Shown: piece after piece, positions 24,908 through 36,780 of the stretch
How positions within the stretch are numbered: the stretch's first letter is position 1
Layout of the letters: every line of letters starts with the position of its first letter
Assembly: GCA_028023455.1 (NCBI GenBank)
Contig: JAQFVV010000011.1
Coordinates: forward strand, 6,014,001-6,078,000
Source of the DNA: Epiperipatus broadwayi
Taxonomy: Eukaryota > Animalia > Onychophora
Length of the DNA stretch: 64,000 nt
Reading direction: 5' to 3'
Program-made: the position numbers and the translations under genes
Notes under the pieces: generated by a model
What the model was told of the DNA's origin: nothing
What the model saw: the letters and a program-made list of their open reading frames with translations, nothing else
Database searches by the model: none

Positions 24908-26865
24908 TGTAACCGCCCCATCGCCGGCTTCCTTACCGAAAGCCCAGTAAAGTCACGTCCTTTATATCTGGACGCTTTTGCCGTATTCCTACGGTGACAT
25001 TCTCATGTTTTGGTTGATGGTTCACTTCTATGAACCTGCTGTGTTCTTGCATCTGGGGAATTACATAATGTTCTGTGAAGATAATTTCAAACACATATAC
25101 ACGTACGCTTTATTTATTTTATACGTAAATTCGGATTGAATCCAAGTAGTAGGCGCCAGGAGAACTTTTATAAGAGTCCGCCACGTATGTGCATAAGCTC
25201 ACTCAACTATATCACAAAACATGCCCGTGCATCACTCCAGTCGGAAGCAAGAAACGAACACAGCCAATATCACCTTTCAAATTACATCGTATATGTGATC
25301 TTTCAATCACGATCAATCAGACTTATCATATGAGGGCCCGCCCTATATCCCACAGAATAAATTAATCAAAACTTAATATTAATCTAAGAAAGCATAATAA
25401 ACATAAACATAAATATAATCAAATCCCAACACCAAAAATATCAAATGCATTCATTCATATACAAACAAATTTGATCGCTCCAGCACTCATTCCCTATTAT
25501 ATAAATTTATGTTGAAATTCCAAGCAATTAATAACAAAAAATACTAGTTAAATAAATGTTTTATTTTAATCTGTTTAATAACAATTCATGCAGGTATATG
25601 ACCGGCAAGCCGAGATAATTTAAATATAGATTTCAAGGTGACTTCGCACATATTTTAAAGAATGTTAATCTGTAGGCAAACTTATTTGGTTAGGTTCTCG
25701 AATCGTTCATTAATGGTCATGAGTAACTTTATCATTTTAGCTTAATGTTTTAATAGTTCTTGTTTTTAAAGTTATTTTACTTTGGTGCATAAGTGAATAC
25801 GACAATTTAAAGATAGCTACCTGTGGAACGTAGAAAGACTGTAAGAGGGATCCTGAGCGATGATTTCTTCTTTAACGAAGCATTCTGGCAATTTGCAAGG
25901 TCTCAAAAGCGTGTGTGGTCCTTATGTGAAGTTTCTCCGGTGTTACGAGCATCCTAGGGGCAATCAGCTGAGCTGGACGCGGAGGTCCGGCGGTCAAGCC
26001 GCGAATTTTATGTTCAGCAACGCATCTCCGTTATATTTCTACACGAAAGTTAGATTTTATTTCTTCTAATTCTAATTTTTTAATAATAATTAAAAGCGCT
26101 GTCCGGCCTTTTTGATCTCTTCCTTCCCGCCCTTACACCTTGAATTTTTTTCACCCAATCACTCCCATGCACCTGTGAGTCCCTTCATCTTATAAGTCCA
26201 TCGAGTATTAACTCAATTCAGTGATTTCTGGGATCGTTTGCACCACTTTGGAATTTAACTCAATTTGACCATTTTTTCAGGTATTGTTTCGCTGGAGACA
26301 GAAGTCTGAGTTGTACAATAGCAGTGTACACTTTTTCTCACCTCTGTTTCTAAATTCGGCTTATTTTATCTAGGCGTACCAACGCATATCCTGCCTATTG
26401 TTTCAATTTCTCTAATTTTACATTTACTAATTACCCCCATTTAAAATAATTTTAGATCGCTTGGAATTTCAGAACATATTGCAAATTAATTAATTCATTT
26501 TCCCCTTTTGTTCAAAATGACTCAAATGATTTAATAAAAATGTCAAACTTGCGTTCAATCATTCATCTTTCTTTATTTAATTAAAAAAATGCAAAAAAAA
26601 ACTTACAACTAATGATTACAGATTTATTCTTTAAAAAAAAACAAAATAATAAAAAAAACTCTTTTACTTTTTTATTTCAATAAATTTGACAGGTACTCTT
26701 ATATAGCTGCGATCATGCTTTAGAAACGGCTGTTTCTCGTTTATTATTAAAGCAAGACCGCTTTTTTAAAAGTTTTGTTCCTGTCATTCATTTCATCAAT
26801 TGAATATATGTTTAATATAACCTCATATGCCTGGTTCAAATCCCATGTAACGGTATTCCGTTACA
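24908..26865 (-). repeat. 5' LTR (1958 bp)
   Basis: Direct repeat of 18403-20363; adjacent to the PBS. Confidence 0.97.
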
Positions 26866-27528
26866 ATACTGTATGTGTTAAAATAAAATAAAATTATGGT
26901 TTCTGCTCATTTAGTGTTTTGATAGAAATTTCTGGTCATATTTTATATTTATAATATTTTTGTACGTAAAGATGGGTAAATATTAATGCAATGAAATTGT
27001 AGATATAGCCCTGCTAAGTACAACAAATTTAAAAGAAGGGGCCATGAGAGGTATGCCTATGGGAAAAATGATATTGCAGCAATTCTTTATAATGTCAACA
27101 ATCTCAATGATAAAAAGATTATCTATGGATGACAATCTTTTGATGACAAACATATCTTTCAGTATGAGAAATCCATTATGAAGAAAATTATGAAAAAATT
27201 AGCAAAATAATCCAGAAGAGGATAGTACATAATAGTGATTGATGAATATTGGATGATAAAGATCTAGAATTCCTAGAATAAGATACATAAACTTTTAATA
27301 TTTTACACAAAAACAATAATAACAAAATGAGATATACTTAAATGTCTTCCAGAAAGAAGGAAATATATTTACCATTGGAACAATTGACCTCCATCAATTA
27401 TGAGTTCATTGATAAGTTCTGAATTTGTTTCATACCTGATTATTATCTTCCTCTTCTCAATTGAACTAATCATGATCACTTTAACATGTTAAATTTTATA
27501 TATATGTAGTTTCTTTCATTTTTAGAGA

Positions 27529-28190
27529 CTGGGGTTGAAGACATATTGATGTATGAAAATTTTAGATTGTCTACTTAAAAGTTAACCATCAGATAAATGC
27601 TGGCATTGAGTTGGTATTTTGGATCTGGTATCTGAAATATCCTAGTGCCTCACTGAGGAATGCCAAAAAAGTTTTTAGATAGAGATTTTTTAAATCTTTC
27701 TCTTGCAGCATTTATCAATGAAGTTTATTAGAGCTATTGCACACTCTTTAGTTTTTTATAATTACAAGCTTATAAGTCACATGATGTACGACTTATTTTT
27801 AGCTACTAAAATAGCTTTTGCTTTTAAGTCTTAAGTGATATTATATTGCTAAGACTATTAATATATGGTATGGCTGAAGAATTCTCAGCCCCATCTTGCT
27901 ATTTAAGTTGGATAGCTGGGTTTGAAGACATATAGGTGTCTGAAAATTTTGGATTGTCTACTTAAAAGTTAACTATCAGGTTAATTGCTGGTTTTGAGTT
28001 GGTATTTTGGATCTGGGGTCTGAAATATTCTAGTGCCTCACTGAAAAATGCCAAAGCATGAAACCAGTACGAGGATAGAGATAATTTCTAGATAGAGATT
28101 TTTTAAAATGCTTTCTCTTGTGGCATTTATCAATAAAGCTTGTTAGAGCTATCACATGCTTTTTAGTTTTTATAAAGGTATTATATTGCT
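27529..28190. repeat. Diverged tandem duplication, ~387-bp period
   Basis: The block ctggg(g/t)ttgaagacatat...gattgtctacttaaaagttaac...ctagtgcctcactga...gatagagattttttaaa occurs at 27529 and 27916, roughly 80-85% identical by eye. Confidence 0.85.
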
Positions 28191-29436
28191 GTTAGATCAG
28201 ATCATTAATGAGAGGTTTTAATTTTATGATTTAACCTTTTTTTTATTTAATAAATTTTATTTGGAATATAGTATATAATATACACATCAATTTTTATCTG
28301 ATTATGATTTTTCATTACACTAATGCTAAGTTAGTGACTTTAATTAGTCATCTGTTCTTGCCAACACAATGGGACTAACTTGATTATATTTTTTAATCAT
28401 ATTATTATATATATTATGGCTACAACCATGGAAGAAGAAATATTTTTGTGGACCTATTACTAGCCAGAAATGATGCTTCAGTAATTTTTATTATTGGCTT
28501 GGCAATAATACAACCATTAAAATTTTATTCTTTTCAAACTCTGGCCATAATGTATAGACAAACATTCAAACACAACTCATGTATATTCTAAAGAGTTCAT
28601 GTAAGATATTTTGGGAAGACAACAAGAATAATTCTAATATTGAAATTTTTTGGGATAACTTTGGCAATTTTTTTTTTACCAAAACTATATTTGAAGATAC
28701 TTAATTTAATATGGTCTCACTATTATTATCAAAATTAGAATCAGTAATGTACTGTTAAAAGAATATTTTATGTGTTATATACTTTGATGTCTATAATGAA
28801 ATTGATTGCAAAATCATCTGTCATATTTATGTTGGGGAAAAACATTTGCCTTTTATATATACATAAGGTTTTATATGTAAATGAGTTGTGCTTAATTGAC
28901 TCAAAACTGTTACTTCATTATTTAACATGAAGTTTTTTAATAAGACTAATGACTTCCAAGAAAATATTGTAAACTATGATATTTAAGATGATATCATTTA
29001 CACAAGGATTTGGATTATGCTATTCTTTTGACAATTGAGTTATTAATAACTTGAAAAACTTTATATGTATAGACTTGGATAATAATTTGTCCACTTGAAA
29101 AGAATTTAAGTCCTTCGAGCATATGATATTTAATTTTCTTCTCAGAAATACTAGGATTATATTTATGTATGGATGGGTTTTTTTCCCCATTTTTTTTTTT
29201 AATAGCTCAAAGGAAACAATAATGCACTTGTGCAACTTTAGCCTATGTTTTGTCTAATTTATAAAATGCTTCAATTGCTAAAATGTGATAATATTCTGCC
29301 AGTCTATAATTAGTGGCTTTCTACTATCCTAGTTGATTTAAATTGTTCCAAAAGTCTGAGTTTACATCCTCATTTTTAGAAACCAATTGGAACATTATCT
29401 ACTATTATAAAATTTTGGATTTAATCTCAGGTATGT

Positions 29437-29605
29437 AAAAGACCCAGAAAGAGACCACATGTGAGATGGATGGATGAAATAAGAAAGTATGCAGGGGTGA
29501 TGTGGAGAAGAGAAGCTAAAGATCGGAGAATATGGATTAAACTTGGAGAGACCTTCATCCTGCAGTGGATTGATAATGGTTGATGATGATGATGATGATG
29601 ATGAT
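29437..29605 (+). mobile_element. 5'-truncated RTE-clade LINE 3' end with (TGA)n tail
   Basis: Translates KRPRKRPHVRWMDEIRKYAGVMWRREAKDRRIWIKLGETFILQWIDNG*, matching the RTE C-terminal pattern. The stop codon runs into a (TGA)8 tail. Confidence 0.8.
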
Positions 29606-30219
29606 ATATTTATGTAATTAATATATGTATGATTTTTTTGGTTAATTATATTTCCTTTGTCAAAACTGTAATCACAATTTTTTTATCTTGTTGACAATGC
29701 AATTTGTAGATTCGTTGAAATATAAATAAGCTTGTTTTTACATATAGTGTATATATTTTTTAAAAAGTGATGGGGGGGGGGCTGAGATAGAGAGAACAAT
29801 TGAGCATATGATGAAGAGAGAAGCAAGTGAGATTATATTTTGAAAAATAATTTTGATTGAAAATATTTTCCAAAAGAAGATATATACACTAAATGTTATA
29901 TTATCTTCATTGAAGCAGATTGAAGTAGTGTAATTAGGCAACAAGAATATAGCACCTCTGGTTATTTTGTCATTCCTTTCCTCCCTCCTTAATATAATTT
30001 ATTATAACGTCTCAATATTCAGGGCTCTATTACAAAGTTTAATAATTTCTTTACGTTATTAAATACATATTTTTGAAACTAAAATGTATTTACGTTTTAA
30101 TAGTAGTTATATTTAAAAATTACATATTTTTTAATAAGTGTTTCAATTGTGTGTGTTAAAATAGTTTATATGTTTTATTATTTAAATGTCTTATTTTATA
30201 TGTCTTTTATGTTTTGTAG

Positions 30220-30306
30220 GTGATTGCTAGGATATATTTTTGTGTAAATAGGTCATGGAGTGGTAAAATCACGGTTCCAGAACTTAGAAGAAGTAATTTC
30301 CTACAG
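30220..30306 (+). CDS. PPP2R3A/B: Internal coding exon of a PP2A regulatory subunit B'' (PR72/PR130/PR70-like) gene
   Basis: Acceptor ...ttatgttttgtag| and donor |gtaaga; 87 nt, phase 0-0. Translates VIARIYFCVNRSWSGKITVPELRRSNFLQ, matching the B'' family segment as I recall it (VIQRIFYxVNRSWSG(K/R)ITxxE(I/L)R(K/R)S(N/S)FLQ). Not in the ORF track. Confidence 0.93.
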
Positions 30307-31683
30307 GTAAGACAATTTTAGTAATACTTCCTGCTTTGCCATAGATAGTGGGCCCTCTAAATATTAGCCTAGAGAGTGAATTCAAGACTTAGTTTTCATC
30401 ACTTTGATTTTTCTAATCAATAGAACAGCAGTTGCCTTGTTCTTGCTTGTTACAGCAGACAAGTCCTGACTGTCCAATCATATTACTGTTGTCAGCAAGG
30501 CCAGTCAGACGATGTAGATTTTTGTTAGTAGCACTCCGGGAGAAATCTTTGAATCTTTTGCTTTATCAACTTAGGCAGAAATATTGAAAAATAATTACAT
30601 GTATTGATGAATAAATATCTGAAAGCATAATTAAAATTTAAAATTAATTATTTATAATATTTGAAATTAATTCAATTATTTATAACAAAATAGTTCTTTA
30701 AAAAAAGTGAGGATTTTCTAAGACAACATGTTCAAATATAAATATGTTATTATAGAAACTTGTTTTTATTTTATTTTATATGTTTATGTATATATATCAC
30801 CTGTCGAGTATATATATATTTTTTACTCAGAAAGAATGGTGCAAATAAAGAAAGAATATTACATAGAATAGCATGTTCAAAGTTATAAATGAATTAGTTG
30901 ATAAGAAAAGACAATCATATGATAGCAATGTGTCTACTATGAAGTGAAACACAATTATTCCATACAATAAGACATTGATTAATAAACTGAATGACCATAT
31001 CATAAGATTTGTCAGATTTTATAATTCTGTTGTATTATAGCTCATCCTAGAAATGTTTGGTGACATCATTCATTAAAGTTTTTATTATTATTTATTGAAT
31101 GGGTAAGCTACATAGACATAGAAATGGTTAATGAAGAATCTGAATACTTGATACTTTTGGAACATGTTAATGGGCTATAACGATGCTTTATTTTGTTGAA
31201 ATGATCATAAGTTTATCATTTTGAGAAAAACTAAAAATCTCATATGCGCAGTGCATTACAATCTGACAGAGATAATTTATTTTATTATTAGTAATGTACC
31301 AGCTTTTGTAATTATTGTTAATATTATGTACTAGAGATAATCAGTTATTGTAATTGACTTCATTTAAAAATATTTATGAAGAAGCACAAAGCCGCTAATG
31401 AATAACAGCAGAATTGGTCTTTTCTCCATGTTATTGCTAGATACAGATTATATAATTGTCCATAAATAGTGAGAATTGTGATCATTGTCAAATATTACAT
31501 CGGTCATTCCTGCTATAACACCACTTTTCTAATATATGTATTCTTGGCAAAAATAATTTTATTTAAAAATTGTTCCTTGTATATTTACAACATTTTAAAA
31601 GATTTAATTTTTAGGTTCCTTTTTATTATTATTATTTAAAATAATTATATTGTTTTGCAATTTTAAATGTTTTACCTTTTATC

Positions 31684-32206
31684 AGGACATTAGATAAAGA
31701 TCTTAATATATATATCATTCTACGTTCTAAACAATATTAATAAATTAGTTAATAATTCTAAGGATGTCATACCTGTCAAGCAAAAAAGTAATGTCATATA
31801 TCAAATTTTTTGTGATTGTATGTTATCATATATAGGTGAATCTAGGTGCAGCATTGAGAAAAGATTGAAGGAACACGAATTGTTATATAAGCGTGTAAAA
31901 AATAAAAATAATGGTGATTTAATATCTTCTTCAGTTTTCTTCGATCATGAAAAAACATGTAAATATAAATTTAAATTTAATTTTGAAAATGTAAAAATTC
32001 TTCACGAGGAGAGAAACCATAGTAAAAGAAAAATTAAAGAGGCAATTTTTATAAACAGGAATAAAACGCATTTAATAAATCGACAAGCTTCTAACATTAA
32101 AATACGAGATTCGTGGAATTTGAATTGATGACGTTTGCTTTCGCTTTTAGTTTTTGAATTTAATGGCAGTTGAGGCAGGTTAGAAAGTAACCGAAAGTAC
32201 TTCTGC
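31684..32206 (+). mobile_element. Penelope-like element 3' fragment: GIY-YIG endonuclease plus 3' UTR
   Basis: The frame extends upstream of the annotated ATG: ...SKDVIPVKQKSNVIYQIFCDCMLSYIGESRCSIEKRLKEH...FFDHEK...KRKIKEAIFI...* (stop at 32128). It has VIY/YIG motifs with the intervening CxC and the His residues typical of PLE endonucleases. Frameshift near 31730. Confidence 0.88.
32166..32206 (+). ncRNA. Minimal type I hammerhead ribozyme-like motif with variant core
   Basis: Helix I GCAG/CTGC; core TTGAGGCA; helix II GGTTA-GAAAG-TAACC; GAA; palindromic helix III AGTACT; predicted cleavage after CUU (32202). It lies 38 nt downstream of the PLE stop codon. Confidence 0.65.
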
Positions 32207-33399
32207 GAATTTAAAGATTGTTTGTAATTGTTTGTAAACTGTTAAAAATATTATTTCAATTATAATTACAATATTGTTTTTAATTAATGGATATTTTATT
32301 TATTTTACATATATATATATAATTGAAATAAATTCTACAGTGTGCATTCTGGAGCCAAATTAAATTTAGATCTCACTTTAACAATAAAAAAGATAAACAG
32401 AACCATGGGCATAAGACCTGTGGATTTACAATACTTCTATCATCAAAATGAAGTCTGCATTATATTTCGCTTCAATCTTTTACTTAATTATTGGAAATAT
32501 GGCACTGTTTACCTTCTTTTTAAATTTGAATACAAAAAGTCTGATGTAAAATATCCAAAGACTAAAAAATAATATATATATAAATATTTTATAAAAATCA
32601 CTTTTATTTAATTTGAGGAGCTATGCACTAAAAATCAAAAATAATTTTTTTTCCAGCTACAATTTCAATGGTTATTTTTAACTGAAAATGAAAGCATTGC
32701 GCATCTATAAATTAATTAATTCTTCCACTATTTTTAGAAATAGTGATTGAATTCATTAATTTATGGATGTCCCATTTATTTTCAAATATCACAGATACAA
32801 GGGGCTACTGTATTTAATTGTGATGATATGACTTTCATTAACTATAATTATATAATATATTTAATATATGTTTAATATCATTGATAAATTTAATCATAAA
32901 TTTAATCTCTTCTAACGAGTCATTTGATTTTATAAAATGTAAATAAACATTCCTCAGTCTGAGTTATTAGTAATGAGTAATCATTGAACCATAAGTTATA
33001 TTCTCAGGAAATAAATATTTTGTAATGTTTCTATGATTTTGTGCATATAACTAGAGGTGATATTTGTAGTAAAGTCTATAATAATCAGATAAAATTATGA
33101 AAATTCAGCTGAATTTTTTTTTACTGGTTATAATTCTGTGTTTTTATATAAAAGAGAAAGTGTTAATTGTAAGATTATAACATATGACTATAAAAAGGTG
33201 AAAGATTAAGGGTTAATTATAAGTCTTAGAAATGTAAGATCATGACATATGATTATAAAAAGATAAAATGTTAAAGGATGGAAAATATCTTTACCTATGT
33301 AAGAAATATTGTATGAATTTTTATTAAATTTAAAATCTGTTAGTTAAAAGAAATGTAATATTTTATAACCTAATGAACATTAATTATTTATGTGGTTTA

Positions 33400-34244
33400 C
33401 AAGAGGGCACCCAAAAATAATCTGAATTATTCTGTGAAGAGTAAACACATTGTAGTACATGCTTCTGCTGCTGTATGCCTTTTGTAGGGATTCCCCTGCA
33501 TCATTTTTCCAGCTGTCATCATCAAGAGCATTCACAGTGCACCATAGTAAATGTTTTGTTAAGTGCATCTTGCTTGCTCATCAATCTTTGTAATGGCTGA
33601 AAAGTTGAAGCAAAGTGAAATTCTGTTTTCTCTTGCAGATTACAAGCAAGCTGCTCTGGGAAAAATATAAGTTTACAAATGGTTTAATGAAAATGTCTGA
33701 TTCATTATGTTCCAGAAAAGCATGGTGAGTGAAGTCCAGTGTCAAAACAAGAACTGTTTTTTTTTTGGATACAAATTCATTCATAAGGATCAAGCTAAAA
33801 ATTTGAAAAAGTTTGTATGATTTCATAAAATGAAAATGTCTGATTTGTGGAAAAGTGGGTATTGCAAGCTTCTCTACAACAACACATCAGCCCTCAAAGC
33901 CTTGAGTTTGATACTGTTTTTAATTAAAAACAACATGACTGATTATACATCAGCCATATTCACCTGATTTCATTTCAGGTAACTTCTTTTTATTCTTTCA
34001 AATGAAAAAATGTCTAAAAAAAAAAAAGTTTTACAGACTTGGAAATGCTAAAAAAAAACAATGGGAGTGTTAAAAGGTATCATTTGGAAAGAGTTTCAAG
34101 ACTACCTTCAAAAGTGGAAAACTTATTTAGATTGATACACTGCATCAAATGGATCGTACTTTGAAGGAAATTCAATTTATAACACTTAAAAATAAATACA
34201 CAATATTTGATACAAAATTCCAGTTATTTTTGGGTATCCTTTTG
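33400..34244 (+). mobile_element. Internally deleted mariner relic
   Basis: TA|CAAGAGGGCACCCAAAAATAA ... TTATTTTTGGGTATCCTTTTG|TA termini. Remnant peptides QPYSPDFISGNFFLFFQMKKCLK and KWKTYLD*YTASNGSYFEG. Confidence 0.85.
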
Positions 34245-35522
34245 TATATGTTTATTGATTGCTATGAATAGGTGAATGATAGAAAATAGTCATAGAGATG
34301 TGCAGGAAATAAAAATATGTAAATATTTTTTTTTATATTTCAAGTTCTACAAATTAAAATAATAAATACATAGATACAATTTTTAAATTCTTTTTTTTTC
34401 TAATGTGCCCAAAAATCTAAAGTTAAATTATAGAAAATTGAAAAACAAAACTCATTTGCAATTTTAGATTCTCACACTATAATAATTAATAAATACTGCC
34501 ACTTATTACATAAAAGTTGGTAATATGGTTTTAATTATTAAACAGATGGAGAAATCTTGCATAAGAAGCACAATGATAATATCCCACAAATATTAATGCC
34601 CAAATCATTAATTATGAATCAACAAAATTAGAATTAACACTTATGTGGCTTGACCATGTTGTTTTTTACATAAGATTATTTCATGTGATCTAATCATTCT
34701 TTTCAGTTATGTTACACCATAAGTCTTTATACTTAAATTTAATCCAATTTTATTAAAATTTTAAGACTAAAAATCAGAAATAATAAGCACAAGTTAAGAA
34801 TTTGAGATTCTTATAGTTAAATAAAAACTGAATTTTTTAAGTATATGATTATAGGATTGAAGAGTCTTGAATGTATTAACCTATGTGTATTTCCGATCTA
34901 ATTTATACATGTACATATATAAATGCCCTCATGTATGGTAGTTAGCATATGTATTTATCATGATTATATCTGCTGTTTAAATTTAGACTAGTTGAAATTT
35001 GGATTTTTTTTTATTCATGTTGCCAGTTAGAAGCTAGCTTAAACACTTAATTATTAAGCAATAAATAGATATCCTATCTGTTTTTATCTAGAATGTAAAA
35101 CAAGAGTGGAAACTTGAAACTCTTACTATCTGTTATTTTTTAAATCTGGTGAGTAAATGTTATTAATTTCTTTGTTCTTTGGGCAAGTGTGGAAAGACTT
35201 TTGTGTTATAGAAGGCTATCTAAAGACAAATAAATATATGAAGAAGTAATTAGTAAATTATTTATATCAATGCAGGAAAAAATGTAACAAACATCTTAAT
35301 ACTATACATATTTTTGTCATGAAATTAGAAAATCTTTCATGTGTTCCTAGATATGTTCCAGCAGCCATTCAATACATAAATATAGTTATTTAAATTACAT
35401 ATGTTTTTATAAATGTGATGTAAGATCTGAAAATAATCTAACTAACAAAGCACACATCAATATGTGAACAGAGTTAAGGATACTATAAAATATTAATAGT
35501 TGAGCACACATTCAAGGCAGTA

Positions 35523-36780
35523 CACCCGGGTCTCGTTTTATGCGGATTTATTTAATGCGATTTTGAAGTTATGCGATTCATATTTCTTCTTAATATCTTT
35601 GTATGTGGTTTTCTTTTATGCGATAAAAATTATTAGATCAGAAATCGAGCTTTGATAATGCGCTATTACTTTAAATATTATAAATTTAGCGTACTTATGT
35701 CATATTTAAAGTAATAGCACATTATCGGAGTTCGACTTCCATCTAATAATTTCAATATTTTCAGCACTTTATAATAGTACTGTAATAGATTTTATGCAAT
35801 AAAGAAGTTCATAATACACTTAAAATCCAGATTTCCCCATTTTATATATACACTCATTAAATTTTACAAGACTATAATATAAATCTGTTCAAACGTTATA
35901 GATGAAAAATACTATGTATGTTGCTGTTTTCGCATTTTAAATCACATTCTATTTTCGCTTTTTAAAAAAAGAGTATGTAATCAATTAATCATTTAGTGTC
36001 CACAAGTTTATTTTTAAAAGATGAGTAACAGCGGAGGGCACAAATTTAACAATTTAAAAATTACGTAACGTGATCTGAAATTAAGGTGATGTAAAATGAT
36101 GAAATTTGATTTTTAAATGGAATTGAAAATTAAAAAATTAAAACAAAAATAAGAATTTAATTTTTAATTGTTAGTTTTAATTAAATTTTGCCTAACAGTG
36201 GTGAGTCCGTGTCTTTTTATTATCTTAAGTCTAAGTTCTTATTTTTATTTTAAACTTTTAGTTTACTCTAACGGAGAAAAAAAACACCCAAGAAAATGAA
36301 TTTCTTTGTAAACAAAAATTTAAATTTTAGATCGCTTAGCGAAATCGGAAGGATCAACAGCAATTGGAGAACGTTTTAGTTGTATTTCCTCTTGATTTCG
36401 TTTAAGGACTAGCTACAGCACCTCACATCACATCACGATGAATCTGATGTCTCAAATAGCGATAATGATTAAAAATGTAAATTACACGTAAAAATATATT
36501 GTTTTGAATAAGAATAAATACTGTAGTTAATAAAAAAGTTTGTCTTATATCAATTTTTTTCAAATTTGAAATTTTTTGTTAGTCATATTTTATTTTCTTA
36601 TTTTTTTGTGTGTGTGAATTTTAAAGTAATTTTATGTTGTTGCTTTGCTTTTATGTGATTTTTGGAAAATTACAGTACGTATCCCCCATTTTTCAAGGTA
36701 AGTTAAGCCTATTTTTGTGCGATTTCTTTTTTGCGCATTTTCTGAGGAACCTATCTACCACATAAAACGAGACCCAGGTG
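35523..36780. mobile_element. Non-autonomous pogo/Tigger-like DNA transposon (1258 bp)
   Basis: 23-bp TIRs CACC(C/T)GGGTCTCGTTTTATG(C/T)GG with 2 mismatches and a TA TSD on both sides. Several subterminal T(T/A)ATGCG(A/G/C)T-like repeats. CTCGTTTTAT resembles the Tigger1 TIR. No transposase ORF. Confidence 0.85.

Larger units (their letters stand above)
18403..26865 (-). mobile_element. Full-length Ty3/Gypsy LTR retrotransposon, young insertion (possibly Osvaldo/Ulysses-like; clade is inference)
   Basis: Two TGTAAC...GTTACA LTRs, a 4-bp TSD ATAC (18399-18402 and 26866-26869), PBS, PPT and one intact gag-pol ORF with domain order PR-RT-RH-IN. No env. Confidence 0.98.

Noticed and set aside
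30380-30560. GC-richer block just after the exon with a 48-codon minus-strand open frame
   Set aside because: Bounded by stops with no start or splice support; cannot be assigned without a search.
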